Positions 9,231 to 24,090 of a stretch of DNA of 64,000 nt are shown in pieces. A model generated the notes under the pieces. That model did no database searches, had not been told where the DNA came from, and was given only the letters and a program-made list of their open reading frames with translations. Within the stretch, counting starts at the first letter, position 1. The number at the start of each line of letters is the position of its first letter. Source of the DNA: the human T2T-CHM13v2.0 reference genome, Homo sapiens; NCBI RefSeq assembly GCF_009914755.1, contig NC_060947.1; one strand, written 5' to 3'. The position numbers and the translations under genes were made by a program.

Positions 9231-11524
9231 AGAGAGAAAGAGAAAGAGACAGAGAAAAGAAACTATGTTGTTTAAAATGCCAGCGGAAAGTCCATGGGGG
9301 TGAAAGAGTCCGGCAATGGCCAGGGAGTTAGCAGCTTGGCGTAGTGTCTTCCCACTGTTTTGTCTGTCTTGAGAATAGCATTCAACGCGACTGTGTTCCC
9401 GCAGCAGACGTTAGGCCGCTGCCCACGCCTTGAGTGCCGGACGAGGTCAACATAGGCTTTCCGTCACAGAATATGTTTGGGCAGGAAGATCGGAACACTT
9501 GGGGCTGGGCCATCTACCGCTCCCCCACGGCACACACGAGTCGTCAGGGAAATGCCCGCCTCTGTGTGTGTTGTACGTGCAGCCTTCTGGGCAGAGCCGT
9601 GGAGAGTTGGACGTAGGCCAGGTGTGAGGAGGAGAGGTGTGTTTGGGGTGGCCACTGGCTCCCTTCCTGCGTGACGTAGGCTGGCGTGGGCTCTTCCCCC
9701 AGCCCCTTGCCGGTGCTGCCACGTGAGAAGGGCCCGGGTGCCGGTCCCGCTATTCCGGAATTGTGGGTTCACCTGAAGTTTGAGGCCAAACCCCCAGCGG
9801 TCAGTGGGACGCCAGTCGCCTTTGACCTCTTGGTCAAGCTGGCCTTGCCGTGACCCGTGAGAATGCCCAAGTGCCAATGTGTCCCGGGGGGCAGGGCCGG
9901 GGCTGGGATCCTAGTGTGTGCCCAGTCTCCTTCTCGTCCCTGCGGGTTCCACCATCCTCCCATCCTAACGCATCGTTAGGGATGCGGTTAGGTCGGGTCC
10001 ATCCCCAGGGCGGTCCAAGGGGACCGCTTTCTGGTTTGTCAGGAAGGCAGGCTAGTAAGAAGGGTCCCGCCGAGTCCCATCTGCCAAGGACAGGGTCCCG
10101 CAGGTGGGCCAGGGCTGGCCCAAAGCGGCCGAGATGCTGATCCGCCATGTGCGGGGCGCTGTTGGCGTTTTTTCCTCAGCAAAGGGCGGAGGGAGTGGAC
10201 GTGGGGGAAGGGCAGGTGGGCATTTCTGGAGCAATACTGCCATCAAGAGGAACTGGCTTGGCAATCCCGCGCACCCTTCGCTGTGCTCGCCTGGGGAGGA
10301 GTGGCTTGGGACTGTCCTGGGGGACCAGGCAGGACTAGGGCAGGTGCTCGGGACGGATCCGAGGTCTCTGGAGGTCCGAGAGAAGCAGGCTCCGCCGCGG
10401 GGTCGGGCGGTGGAAGCCCCAGAGAGAGGCGCCAGGACTAGCTGGACAGCCAGGACGCCGGGCCGTTCCCGGACAGGAAGCCACGGCTCGGGAGCCTGGT
10501 GGCGGCCATGATCTGGGCGGGACCAGCGGAGGCCTCCGCCAGGGAGCCTGGGCTCGGGGCCTTGGGCAGTTTGCCTGGTGCCCCTTCCCGTGGGAGCAAC
10601 CGGGGTGACGGCCTAGCTGGGTCCTCGGCCCGGGAGGCTCCGTCGGCCACACTGCACGCCTGCGGTGTGAGGAGGGCCGACTGCCAGTGCTGAGTTCCGT
10701 GGCCATTGGCGCGGGTGCCCGCCGCTGCTGGCCGGCGCCGGGGCGTTCCTCCTTGCGTCCTAGGGAGGAAGGTGGGCCGCGGGGCATCCCGCGGGGCCCG
10801 TACCCAGACGGTTCTTGACGAGGTGGACGCAAGGCCAGGCCCGGCCCGGCCCGGCCCGGCCCGGCCACCTTCAGACGCCGCGCACCCGCCTTGTTGAGAC
10901 TTGCCACCCTGTCTTGTTGTGTCCATGTCCCCGAGGTTGTCTTGGAGGCGGGCCGTTCCCCGTGGTGCTCATTTCTGCCTGGGGGCCTTCCGGGGACCCC
11001 GCTTGTCTTTGGGGGTGCGCAGGCCCTTGCCCTGCGATCAGAGGCGCACCGACCGATGAGTTCGGTGGCAAAGCTTGAGAAATGGAGACTCTCTGGGCAT
11101 CGGCTAAGGGGGCCCGGGGCCTTCCCAGGCCTGCTGGAGTCCGGGAAGCCGGGGGCACCCAGAAGGAAGGACCCGTCGGACTCTGCCTGGGGACAGCCTG
11201 CTCCGCGCCAGAAGGGTCCGCTGCTCAGGCAGCATCCCCGTGCCTCTCCTCCAGTGGGTCCCTCAGGTAGAATCGGGGCAGGCCCCACTGGACGTGCAGG
11301 GAGGAGGCTCGGAGGATGCATCCTTTGCAGGACCCGGTCTGGTACAGCAGCAGACGGAGCCATCTCCCGGGGCTTTCTGGCTTCTCCGAGGGTGTTCAGG
11401 AGTCTCCCAAGTGCGCAGGGGCTCGTGCCCAAAGGGTGGAGGTCGGCACCGCTTCGCTCAATTCAGGAGTGGAGAAGGAAGCTAGAGGACCCTCTGGAGG
11501 TGGCAGGTTTAATGTCCTGCTTTT

Positions 11525-11567
<43 letters not shown>

Positions 11568-12170
11568 TTTTGTAATCAACTGAAAGAAGGCAGAAGGAGT
11601 CGATGGGCCTCTTAGGCCGGAAACCTTACAAGCATAGGACCAAGGCAGAAAAGGTCCAGAGGGTTCATGGTCCTCCGTTCCACCTGAATCCAGCTAGAGA
11701 GCGAGCCAGGGGGATAGGTGTGCCCCTCGTCGCCCGTGCGCTGAGGCACTGTCACGCAAAGAGACATTCACCTTCCACGTCAACGCACCTTTAAGGGCGA
11801 GAGCGGTCCGCCGTGCCCAAGAGGAACGGGATGACATTCAACTGGGACTTGCCTCACCTTGGCTTGGGGGACCTCGAGAGCGGTCCCGTGGGGGCGGTGT
11901 TACTCGTGGTGGTAGAAGTGGAGGGCGTGTCCGGGTACTTGAGTTCATGGGCATCTCTCCCGCCGCCTCTCAGCCTATCTGCACCATGTCTCACACGTTC
12001 AGTTGCAGCTCTTACCGTTTTGAAGGCGCACGTGGGCAAGAAGTCCTGGGCAGCACAAGAAAGTCAATCACGTTGAGACAGAGAGAGCAGGAGAGGAAGT
12101 GGGCCCCAGTAGAAGTGGGCGAGAGAGCGTTGGGTGGGAACGTGGCACGAGAGAGAGAAATTATGAGATT

Positions 12171-12211
<41 letters not shown>

Positions 12212-14493
12212 AGAGAGAGAGAAAGAGAAAGAGACAGAGAAAAGAAACTATGTTGTTTAAAATGCCAGCGGAAAGTCCATGGGGGTGAAAGAGTCCGGCA
12301 ATGGCCAGGGAGTTAGCAGCTTGGCGTAGTGTCTTCCCACTGTTTTGTCTGTCTTGAGAATAGCATTCAACGCGACTGTGTTCCCGCAGCAGACGTTAGG
12401 CCGCTGCCCACGCCTTGAGTGCCGGACGAGGTCAACATAGGCTTTCCGTCACAGAATATGTTTGGGCAGGAAGATCGGAACACTTGGGGCTGGGCCATCT
12501 ACCGCTCCCCCACGGCACACACGAGTCGTCAGGGAAATGCCCGCCTCTGTGTGTGTTGTACGTGCAGCCTTCTGGGCAGAGCCGTGGAGAGTTGGACGTA
12601 GGCCAGGTGTGAGGAGGAGAGGTGTGTTTGGGGTGGCCACTGGCTCCCTTCCTGCGTGACGTAGGCTGGCGTGGGCTCTTCCCCCAGCCCCTTGCCGGTG
12701 CTGCCACGTGAGAAGGGCCCGGGTGCCGGTCCCGCTATTCCGGAATTGTGGGTTCACCTGAAGTTTGAGGCCAAACCCCCAGCGGTCAGTGGGACGCCAG
12801 TCGCCTTTGACCTCTTGGTCAAGCTGGCCTTGCCGTGACCCGTGAGAATGCCCAAGTGCCAATGTGTCCCGGGGGGCAGGGCCGGGGCTGGGATCCTAGT
12901 GTGTGCCCAGTCTCCTTCTCGTCCCTGCGGGTTCCACCATCCTCCCATCCTAACGCATCGTTAGGGATGCGGTTAGGTCGGGTCCATCCCCAGGGCGGTC
13001 CAAGGGGACCGCTTTCTGGTTTGTCAGGAAGGCAGGCTAGTAAGAAGGGTCCCGCCGAGTCCCATCTGCCAAGGACAGGGTCCCGCAGGTGGGCCAGGGC
13101 TGGCCCAAAGCGGCCGAGATGCTGATCCGCCATGTGCGGGGCGCTGTTGGCGTTTTTTCCTCAGCAAAGGGCGGAGGGAGTGGACGTGGGGGAAGGGCAG
13201 GTGGGCATTTCTGGAGCAATACTGCCATCAAGAGGAACTGGCTTGGCAATCCCGCGCACCCTTCGCTGTGCTCGCCTGGGGAGGAGTGGCTTGGGACTGT
13301 CCTGGGGGACCAGGCAGGACTAGGGCAGGTGCTCGGACGGATCCGAGGTCTCTGGAGGTCCGAGAGAAGCAGGCTCCGCCGCGGGGTCGGGCGGTGGAAG
13401 CCCCAGAGAGAGGCGCCAGGACTAGCTGGACAGCCAGGACGCCGGGCCGTTCCCGGACAGGAAGCCACGGCTCGGGAGCCTGGTGGCGGCCATGATCTGG
13501 GCGGGACCAGCGGAGGCCTCCGCCAGGGAGCCTGGGCTCGGGGCCTTGGGCAGTTTGCCTGGTGCCCCTTCCCGTGGGAGCAACCGGGGTGACGGCCTAG
13601 CTGGGTCCTCGGCCCGGGAGGCTCCGTCGGCCACACTGCACGCCTGCGGTGTGAGGAGGGCCGACTGCCAGTGCTGAGTTCCGTGGCCATTGGCGCGGGT
13701 GCCCGCCGCTGCTGGCCGGCGCCGGGGCGTTCCTCCTTGCGTCCTAGGGAGGAAGGTGGGCCGCGGGGCATCCCGCGGGGCCCGTACCCAGACGGTTCTT
13801 GACGAGGTGGACGCAAGGCCAGGCCCGGCCCGGTCACCCTCAGACGCCGCGCACCCGCCTTGTTGAGACTTGCCACCCTGTCTTGTTGTGTCCATGTCCC
13901 CGAGGTTGTCTTGGAGGCGGGCCGTTCCCCGTGGTGCTCATTTCTGCCTGGGGGCCTTCCGGGGACCCCGCTTGTCTTTGGGGGTGCGCAGGCCCTTGCC
14001 CTGCGATCAGAGGCGCACCGACCGATGAGTTCGGTGGCAAAGCTTGAGAAATGGAGACTCTCTGGGCATCGGCTAAGGGGGCCCGGGGCCTTCCCAGGCC
14101 TGCTGGAGTCCGGGAAGCCGGGGGCACCCAGAAGGAAGGACCCGTCGGACTCTGCCTGGGGACAGCCTGCTCCGCGCCAGAAGGGTCCGCTGCTCAGGCA
14201 GCATCCCCGTGCCTCTCCTCCAGTGGGTCCCTCAGGTAGAATCGGGGCAGGCCCCACTGGACGTGCAGGGAGGAGGCTCGGAGGATGCATCCTTTGCAGG
14301 ACCCGGTCTGGTACAGCAGCAGACGGAGCCATCTCCCGGGGCTTTCTGGCTTCTCCGAGGGTGTTCAGGAGTCTCCCAAGTGCGCAGGGGCTCGTGCCCA
14401 AAGGGTGGAGGTCGGCACCGCTTCGCTCAATTCAGGAGTGGAGAAGGAAGCTAGAGGACCCTCTGGAGGTGGCAGGTTTAATGTCCTGCTTTT

Positions 14494-14524
<31 letters not shown>

Positions 14525-17457
14525 TTTTGTAATCAACTGAAAGAAGGCAGAAGGAGTCGATGGGCCTCTTAGGCCGGAAACCTTACAAGCATAGGACCAA
14601 GGCAGAAAAGGTCCAGAGGGTTCATGGTCCTCCGTTCCACCTGAATCCAGCTAGAGAGCGAGCCAGGGGGATAGGTGTGCCCCTCGTCGCCCGTGCGCTG
14701 AGGCACTGTCACGCAAAGAGACATTCACCTTCCACGTCAACGCACCTTTAAGGGCGAGAGCGGTCCGCCGTGCCCAAGAGGAACGGGATGACATTCAACT
14801 GGGACTTGCCTCACCTTGGCTTGGGGGACCTCGAGAGCGGTCCCGTGGGGGCGGTGTTACTCGTGGTGGTAGAAGTGGAGGGCGTGTCCGGGTACTTGAG
14901 TTCATGGGCATCTCTCCCGCCGCCTCTCAGCCTATCTGCACCATGTCTCACACGTTCAGTTGCAGCTCTTACCGTTTTGAAGGCGCACGTGGGCAAGAAG
15001 TCCTGGGCAGCACAAGAAAGTCAATCACGTTGAGACAGAGAGAGCAGGAGAGGAAGTGGGCCCCAGTAGAAGTGGGCGAGAGAGCGTTGGGTGGGAACGT
15101 GGCACGAGAGAGAGAAATTATGAGATTGACAGAGAGAGAGAGAGAGAGAGAGAAAGAGAAAGAGAGAGAGAAAGAGAAAGAGACAGAGAAAAGAAACTAT
15201 GTTGTTTAAAATGCCAGCGGAAAGTCCATGGGGGTGAAAGAGTCCGGCAATGGCCAGGGAGTTAGCAGCTTGGCGTAGTGTCTTCCCACTGTTTTGTCTG
15301 TCTTGAGAATAGCATTCAACGCGACTGTGTTCCCGCAGCAGACGTTAGGCCGCTGCCCACGCCTTGAGTGCCGGACGAGGTCAACATAGGCTTTCCGTCA
15401 CAGAATATGTTTGGGCAGGAAGATCGGAACACTTGGGGCTGGGCCATCTACCGCTCCCCCACGGCACACACGAGTCGTCAGGGAAATGCCCGCCTCTGTG
15501 TGTGTTGTACGTGCAGCCTTCTGGGCAGAGCCGTGGAGAGTTGGACGTAGGCCAGGTGTGAGGAGGAGAGGTGTGTTTGGGGTGGCCACTGGCTCCCTTC
15601 CTGCGTGACGTAGGCTGGCGTGGGCTCTTCCCCCAGCCCCTTGCCGGTGCTGCCACGTGAGAAGGGCCCGGGTGCCGGTCCCGCTATTCCGGAATTGTGG
15701 GTTCACCTGAAGTTTGAGGCCAAACCCCCAGCGGTCAGTGGGACGCCAGTCGCCTTTGACCTCTTGGTCAAGCTGGCCTTGCCGTGACCCGTGAGAATGC
15801 CCAAGTGCCAATGTGTCCCGGGGGGCAGGGCCGGGGCTGGGATCCTAGTGTGTGCCCAGTCTCCTTCTCGTCCCTGCGGGTTCCACCATCCTCCCATCCT
15901 AACGCATCGTTAGGGATGCGGTTAGGTCGGGTCCATCCCCAGGGCGGTCCAAGGGGACCGCTTTCTGGTTTGTCAGGAAGGCAGGCTAGTAAGAAGGGTC
16001 CCGCCGAGTCCCATCTGCCAAGGACAGGGTCCCGCAGGTGGGCCAGGGCTGGCCCAAAGCGGCCGAGATGCTGATCCGCCATGTGCGGGGCGCTGTTGGC
16101 GTTTTTTCCTCAGCAAAGGGCGGAGGGAGTGGATGTGGGGGAAGGGCAGGTGGGCATTTCTGGAGCAATACTGCCATCAAGAGGAACTGGCTTGGCAATC
16201 CCGCGCACCCTTCGCTGTGCTCGCCTGGGGAGGAGTGGCTTGGGACTGTCCTGGGGGACCAGGCAGGACTAGGGCAGGTGCTCGGACGGATCCGAGGTCT
16301 CTGGAGGTCCGAGAGAAGCAGGCTCCGCCGCGGGGTCGGGCGGTGGAAGCCCCAGAGAGAGGCGCCAGGACTAGCTGGACAGCCAGGACGCCGGGCCGTT
16401 CCCGGACAGGAAGCCACGGCTCGGGAGCCTGGTGGCGGCCATGATCTGGGCGGGACCAGCGGAGGCCTCCGCCAGGGAGCCTGGGCTCGGGGCCTTGGGC
16501 AGTTTGCCTGGTGCCCCTTCCCGTGGGAGCAACCGGGGTGACGGCCTAGCTGGGTCCTCGGCCCGGGAGGCTCCGTCGGCCACACTGCACGCCTGCGGTG
16601 TGAGGAGGGCCGACTGCCAGTGCTGAGTTCCGTGGCCATTGGCGCGGGTGCCCGCCGCTGCTGGCCGGCGCCGGGGCGTTCCTCCTTGCGTCCTAGGGAG
16701 GAAGGTGGGCCGCGGGGCATCCCGCGGGGCCCGTACCCAGACGGTTCTTGACGAGGTGGACGCAAGGCCAGGCCCGGCCCGGCCCGGCCCGGCCCGGCCA
16801 CCTTCAGACGCCGCGCACCCGCCTTGTTGAGACTTGCCACCCTGTCTTGTTGTGTCCATGTCCCCGAGGTTGTCTTGGAGGCGGGCCGTTCCCCGTGGTG
16901 CTCATTTCTGCCTGGGGGCCTTCCGGGGACCCCGCTTGTCTTTGGGGGTGCGCAGGCCCTTGCCCTGCGATCAGAGGCGCACCGACCGATGAGTTCGGTG
17001 GCAAAGCTTGAGAAATGGAGACTCTCTGGGCATCGGCTAAGGGGGCCCGGGGCCTTCCCAGGCCTGCTGGAGTCCGGGAAGCCGGGGGCACCCAGAAGGA
17101 AGGACCCGTCGGACTCTGCCTGGGGACAGCCTGCTCCGCGCCAGAAGGGTCCGCTGCTCAGGCAGCATCCCCGTGCCTCTCCTCCAGTGGGTCCCTCAGG
17201 TAGAATCGGGGCAGGCCCCACTGGACGTGCAGGGAGGAGGCTCGGAGGATGCATCCTTTGCAGGACCCGGTCTGGTACAGCAGCAGACGGAGCCATCTCC
17301 CGGGGCTTTCTGGCTTCTCCGAGGGTGTTCAGGAGTCTCCCAAGTGCGCAGGGGCTCGTGCCCAAAGGGTGGAGGTCGGCACCGCTTCGCTCAATTCAGG
17401 AGTGGAGAAGGAAGCTAGAGGACCCTCTGGAGGTGGCAGGTTTAATGTCCTGCTTTT

Positions 17458-17492
<35 letters not shown>

Positions 17493-20425
17493 TTTTGTAA
17501 TCAACTGAAAGAAGGCAGAAGGAGTCGATGGGCCTCTTAGGCCGGAAACCTTACAAGCATAGGACCAAGGCAGAAAAGGTCCAGAGGGTTCATGGTCCTC
17601 CGTTCCACCTGAATCCAGCTAGAGAGCGAGCCAGGGGGATAGGTGTGCCCCTCGTCGCCCGTGCGCTGAGGCACTGTCACGCAAAGAGACATTCACCTTC
17701 CACGTCAACGCACCTTTAAGGGCGAGAGCGGTCCGCCGTGCCCAAGAGGAACGGGATGACATTCAACTGGGACTTGCCTCACCTTGGCTTGGGGGACCTC
17801 GAGAGCGGTCCCGTGGGGGCGGTGTTACTCGTGGTGGTAGAAGTGGAGGGCGTGTCCGGGTACTTGAGTTCATGGGCATCTCTCCCGCCGCCTCTCAGCC
17901 TATCTGCACCATGTCTCACACGTTCAGTTGCAGCTCTTACCGTTTTGAAGGCGCACGTGGGCAAGAAGTCCTGGGCAGCACAAGAAAGTCAATCACGTTG
18001 AGACAGAGAGAGCAGGAGAGGAAGTGGGCCCCAGTAGAAGTGGGCGAGAGAGCGTTGGGTGGGAACGTGGCACGAGAGAGAGAAATTATGAGATTGACAG
18101 AGAGAGAGAGAGAGAGAGAGAAAGAGAAAGAGAGAGAGAAAGAGAAAGAGACAGAGAAAAGAAACTATGTTGTTTAAAATGCCAGCGGAAAGTCCATGGG
18201 GGTGAAAGAGTCCGGCAATGGCCAGGGAGTTAGCAGCTTGGCGTAGTGTCTTCCCACTGTTTTGTCTGTCTTGAGAATAGCATTCAACGCGACTGTGTTC
18301 CCGCAGCAGACGTTAGGCCGCTGCCCACGCCTTGAGTGCCGGACGAGGTCAACATAGGCTTTCCGTCACAGAATATGTTTGGGCAGGAAGATCGGAACAC
18401 TTGGGGCTGGGCCATCTACCGCTCCCCCACGGCACACACGAGTCGTCAGGGAAATGCCCGCCTCTGTGTGTGTTGTACGTGCAGCCTTCTGGGCAGAGCC
18501 GTGGAGAGTTGGACGTAGGCCAGGTGTGAGGAGGAGAGGTGTGTTTGGGGTGGCCACTGGCTCCCTTCCTGCGTGACGTAGGCTGGCGTGGGCTCTTCCC
18601 CCAGCCCCTTGCCGGTGCTGCCACGTGAGAAGGGCCCGGGTGCCGGTCCCGCTATTCCGGAATTGTGGGTTCACCTGAAGTTTGAGGCCAAACCCCCAGC
18701 GGTCAGTGGGACGCCAGTCGCCTTTGACCTCTTGGTCAAGCTGGCCTTGCCGTGACCCGTGAGAATGCCCAAGTGCCAATGTGTCCCGGGGGGCAGGGCC
18801 GGGGCTGGGATCCTAGTGTGTGCCCAGTCTCCTTCTCGTCCCTGCGGGTTCCACCATCCTCCCATCCTAACGCATCGTTAGGGATGCGGTTAGGTCGGGT
18901 CCATCCCCAGGGCGGTCCAAGGGGACCGCTTTCTGGTTTGTCAGGAAGGCAGGCTAGTAAGAAGGGTCCCGCCGAGTCCCATCTGCCAAGGACAGGGTCC
19001 CGCAGGTGGGCCAGGGCTGGCCCAAAGCGGCCGAGATGCTGATCCGCCATGTGCGGGGCGCTGTTGGCGTTTTTTCCTCAGCAAAGGGCGGAGGGAGTGG
19101 ACGTGGGGGAAGGGCAGGTGGGCATTTCTGGAGCAATACTGCCATCAAGAGGAACTGGCTTGGCAATCCCGCGCACCCTTCGCTGTGCTCGCCTGGGGAG
19201 GAGTGGCTTGGGACTGTCCTGGGGGACCAGGCAGGACTAGGGCAGGTGCTCGGACGGATCCGAGGTCTCTGGAGGTCCGAGAGAAGCAGGCTCCGCCGCG
19301 GGGTCGGGCGGTGGAAGCCCCAGAGAGAGGCGCCAGGACTAGCTGGACAGCCAGGACGCCGGGCCGTTCCCGGACAGGAAGCCACGGCTCGGGAGCCTGG
19401 TGGCGGCCATGATCTGGGCGGGACCAGCGGAGGCCTCCGCCAGGGAGCCTGGGCTCGGGGCCTTGGGCAGTTTGCCTGGTGCCCCTTCCCGTGGGAGCAA
19501 CCGGGGTGACGGCCTAGCTGGGTCCTCGGCCCGGGAGGCTCCGTCGGCCACACTGCACGCCTGCGGTGTGAGGAGGGCCGACTGCCAGTGCTGAGTTCCG
19601 TGGCCATTGGCGCGGGTGCCCGCCGCTGCTGGCCGGCGCCGGGGCGTTCCTCCTTGCGTCCTAGGGAGGAAGGTGGGCCGCGGGGCATCCCGCGGGGCCC
19701 GTACCCAGACGGTTCTTGACGAGGTGGACGCAAGGCCAGGCCCGGCCCGGCCCGGCCCGGCCCGGCCACCTTCAGACGCCGCGCACCCGCCTTGTTGAGA
19801 CTTGCCACCCTGTCTTGTTGTGTCCATGTCCCCGAGGTTGTCTTGGAGGCGGGCCGTTCCCCGTGGTGCTCATTTCTGCCTGGGGGCCTTCCGGGGACCC
19901 CGCTTGTCTTTGGGGGTGCGCAGGCCCTTGCCCTGCGATCAGAGGCGCACCGACCGATGAGTTCGGTGGCAAAGCTTGAGAAATGGAGACTCTCTGGGCA
20001 TCGGCTAAGGGGGCCCGGGGCCTTCCCAGGCCTGCTGGAGTCCGGGAAGCCGGGGGCACCCAGAAGGAAGGACCCGTCGGACTCTGCCTGGGGACAGCCT
20101 GCTCCGCGCCAGAAGGGTCCGCTGCTCAGGCAGCATCCCCGTGCCTCTCCTCCAGTGGGTCCCTCAGGTAGAATCGGGGCAGGCCCCACTGGACGTGCAG
20201 GGAGGAGGCTCGGAGGATGCATCCTTTGCAGGACCCGGTCTGGTACAGCAGCAGACGGAGCCATCTCCCGGGGCTTTCTGGCTTCTCCGAGGGTGTTCAG
20301 GAGTCTCCCAAGTGCGCAGGGGCTCGTGCCCAAAGGGTGGAGGTCGGCACCGCTTCGCTCAATTCAGGAGTGGAGAAGGAAGCTAGAGGACCCTCTGGAG
20401 GTGGCAGGTTTAATGTCCTGCTTTT

Positions 20426-20464
<39 letters not shown>

Positions 20465-21067
20465 TTTTGTAATCAACTGAAAGAAGGCAGAAGGAGTCGA
20501 TGGGCCTCTTAGGCCGGAAACCTTACAAGCATAGGACCAAGGCAGAAAAGGTCCAGAGGGTTCATGGTCCTCCGTTCCACCTGAATCCAGCTAGAGAGCG
20601 AGCCAGGGGGATAGGTGTGCCCCTCGTCGCCCGTGCGCTGAGGCACTGTCACGCAAAGAGACATTCACCTTCCACGTCAACGCACCTTTAAGGGCGAGAG
20701 CGGTCCGCCGTGCCCAAGAGGAACGGGATGACATTCAACTGGGACTTGCCTCACCTTGGCTTGGGGGACCTCGAGAGCGGTCCCGTGGGGGCGGTGTTAC
20801 TCGTGGTGGTAGAAGTGGAGGGCGTGTCCGGGTACTTGAGTTCATGGGCATCTCTCCCGCCGCCTCTCAGCCTATCTGCACCATGTCTCACACGTTCAGT
20901 TGCAGCTCTTACCGTTTTGAAGGCGCACGTGGGCAAGAAGTCCTGGGCAGCACAAGAAAGTCAATCACGTTGAGACAGAGAGAGCAGGAGAGGAAGTGGG
21001 CCCCAGTAGAAGTGGGCGAGAGAGCGTTGGGTGGGAACGTGGCACGAGAGAGAGAAATTATGAGATT

Positions 21068-21108
<41 letters not shown>

Positions 21109-23405
21109 AGAGAGAGAGAAAGAGAAAGAGACAGAGAAAAGAAACTATGTTGTTTAAAATGCCAGCGGAAAGTCCATGGGGGTGAAAGAGTCCGGCAATG
21201 GCCAGGGAGTTAGCAGCTTGGCGTAGTGTCTTCCCACTGTTTTGTCTGTCTTGAGAATAGCATTCAACGCGACTGTGTTCCCGCAGCAGACGTTAGGCCG
21301 CTGCCCACGCCTTGAGTGCCGGACGAGGTCAACATAGGCTTTCCGTCACAGAATATGTTTGGGCAGGAAGATCGGAACACTTGGGGCTGGGCCATCTACC
21401 GCTCCCCCACGGCACACACGAGTCGTCAGGGAAATGCCCGCCTCTGTGTGTGTTGTACGTGCAGCCTTCTGGGCAGAGCCGTGGAGAGTTGGACGTAGGC
21501 CAGGTGTGAGGAGGAGAGGTGTGTTTGGGGTGGCCACTGGCTCCCTTCCTGCGTGACGTAGGCTGGCGTGGGCTCTTCCCCCAGCCCCTTGCCGGTGCTG
21601 CCACGTGAGAAGGGCCCGGGTGCCGGTCCCGCTATTCCGGAATTGTGGGTTCACCTGAAGTTTGAGGCCAAACCCCCAGCGGTCAGTGGGACGCCAGTCG
21701 CCTTTGACCTCTTGGTCAAGCTGGCCTTGCCGTGACCCGTGAGAATGCCCAAGTGCCAATGTGTCCCGGGGGGCAGGGCCGGGGCTGGGATCCTAGTGTG
21801 TGCCCAGTCTCCTTCTCGTCCCTGCGGGTTCCACCATCCTCCCATCCTAACGCATCGTTAGGGATGCGGTTAGGTCGGGTCCATCCCCAGGGCGGTCCAA
21901 GGGGACCGCTTTCTGGTTTGTCAGGAAGGCAGGCTAGTAAGAAGGGTCCCGCCGAGTCCCATCTGCCAAGGACAGGGTCCCGCAGGTGGGCCAGGGCTGG
22001 CCCAAAGCGGCCGAGATGCTGATCCGCCATGTGCGGGGCGCTGTTGGCGTTTTTTCCTCAGCAAAGGGCGGAGGGAGTGGACGTGGGGGAAGGGCAGGTG
22101 GGCATTTCTGGAGCAATACTGCCATCAAGAGGAACTGGCTTGGCAATCCCGCGCACCCTTCGCTGTGCTCGCCTGGGGAGGAGTGGCTTGGGACTGTCCT
22201 GGGGGACCAGGCAGGACTAGGGCAGGTGCTCGGACGGATCCGAGGTCTCTGGAGGTCCGAGAGAAGCAGGCTCCGCCGCGGGGTCGGGCGGTGGAAGCCC
22301 CAGAGAGAGGCGCCAGGACTAGCTGGACAGCCAGGACGCCGGGCCGTTCCCGGACAGGAAGCCACGGCTCGGGAGCCTGGTGGCGGCCATGATCTGGGCG
22401 GGACCAGCGGAGGCCTCCGCCAGGGAGCCTGGGCTCGGGGCCTTGGGCAGTTTGCCTGGTGCCCCTTCCCGTGGGAGCAACCGGGGTGACGGCCTAGCTG
22501 GGTCCTCGGCCCGGGAGGCTCCGTCGGCCACACTGCACGCCTGCGGTGTGAGGAGGGCCGACTGCCAGTGCTGAGTTCCGTGGCCATTGGCGCGGGTGCC
22601 CGCCGCTGCTGGCCGGCGCCGGGGCGTTCCTCCTTGCGTCCTAGGGAGGAAGGTGGGCCGCGGGGCATCCCGCGGGGCCCGTACCCAGACGGTTCTTGAC
22701 GAGGTGGACGCAAGGCCAGGCCCGGCCCGGCCCGGCCCGGCCCGGCCACCTTCAGACGCCGCGCACCCGCCTTGTTGAGACTTGCCACCCTGTCTTGTTG
22801 TGTCCATGTCCCCGAGGTTGTCTTGGAGGCGGGCCGTTCCCCGTGGTGCTCATTTCTGCCTGGGGGCCTTCCGGGGACCCCGCTTGTCTTTGGGGGTGCG
22901 CAGGCCCTTGCCCTGCGATCAGAGGCGCACCGACCGATGAGTTCGGTGGCAAAGCTTGAGAAATGGAGACTCTCTGGGCATCGGCTAAGGGGGCCCGGGG
23001 CCTTCCCAGGCCTGCTGGAGTCCGGGAAGCCGGGGGCACCCAGAAGGAAGGACCCGTCGGACTCTGCCTGGGGACAGCCTGCTCCGCGCCAGAAGGGTCC
23101 GCTGCTCAGGCAGCATCCCCGTGCCTCTCCTCCAGTGGGTCCCTCAGGTAGAATCGGGGCAGGCCCCACTGGACGTGCAGGGAGGAGGCTCGGAGGATGC
23201 ATCCTTTGCAGGACCCGGTCTGGTACAGCAGCAGACGGAGCCATCTCCCGGGGCTTTCTGGCTTCTCCGAGGGTGTTCAGGAGTCTCCCAAGTGCGCAGG
23301 GGCTCGTGCCCAAAGGGTGGAGGTCGGCACCGCTTCGCTCAATTCAGGAGTGGAGAAGGAAGCTAGAGGACCCTCTGGAGGTGGCAGGTTTAATGTCCTG
23401 CTTTT

Positions 23406-23448
<43 letters not shown>

Positions 23449-24051
23449 TTTTGTAATCAACTGAAAGAAGGCAGAAGGAGTCGATGGGCCTCTTAGGCCG
23501 GAAACCTTACAAGCATAGGACCAAGGCAGAAAAGGTCCAGAGGGTTCATGGTCCTCCGTTCCACCTGAATCCAGCTAGAGAGCGAGCCAGGGGGATAGGT
23601 GTGCCCCTCGTCGCCCGTGCGCTGAGGCACTGTCACGCAAAGAGACATTCACCTTCCACGTCAACGCACCTTTAAGGGCGAGAGCGGTCCGCCGTGCCCA
23701 AGAGGAACGGGATGACATTCAACTGGGACTTGCCTCACCTTGGCTTGGGGGACCTCGAGAGCGGTCCCGTGGGGGCGGTGTTACTCGTGGTGGTAGAAGT
23801 GGAGGGCGTGTCCGGGTACTTGAGTTCATGGGCATCTCTCCCGCCGCCTCTCAGCCTATCTGCACCATGTCTCACACGTTCAGTTGCAGCTCTTACCGTT
23901 TTGAAGGCGCACGTGGGCAAGAAGTCCTGGGCAGCACAAGAAAGTCAATCACGTTGAGACAGAGAGAGCAGGAGAGGAAGTGGGCCCCAGTAGAAGTGGG
24001 CGAGAGAGCGTTGGGTGGGAACGTGGCACGAGAGAGAGAAATTATGAGATT

Positions 24052-24090
<39 letters not shown>
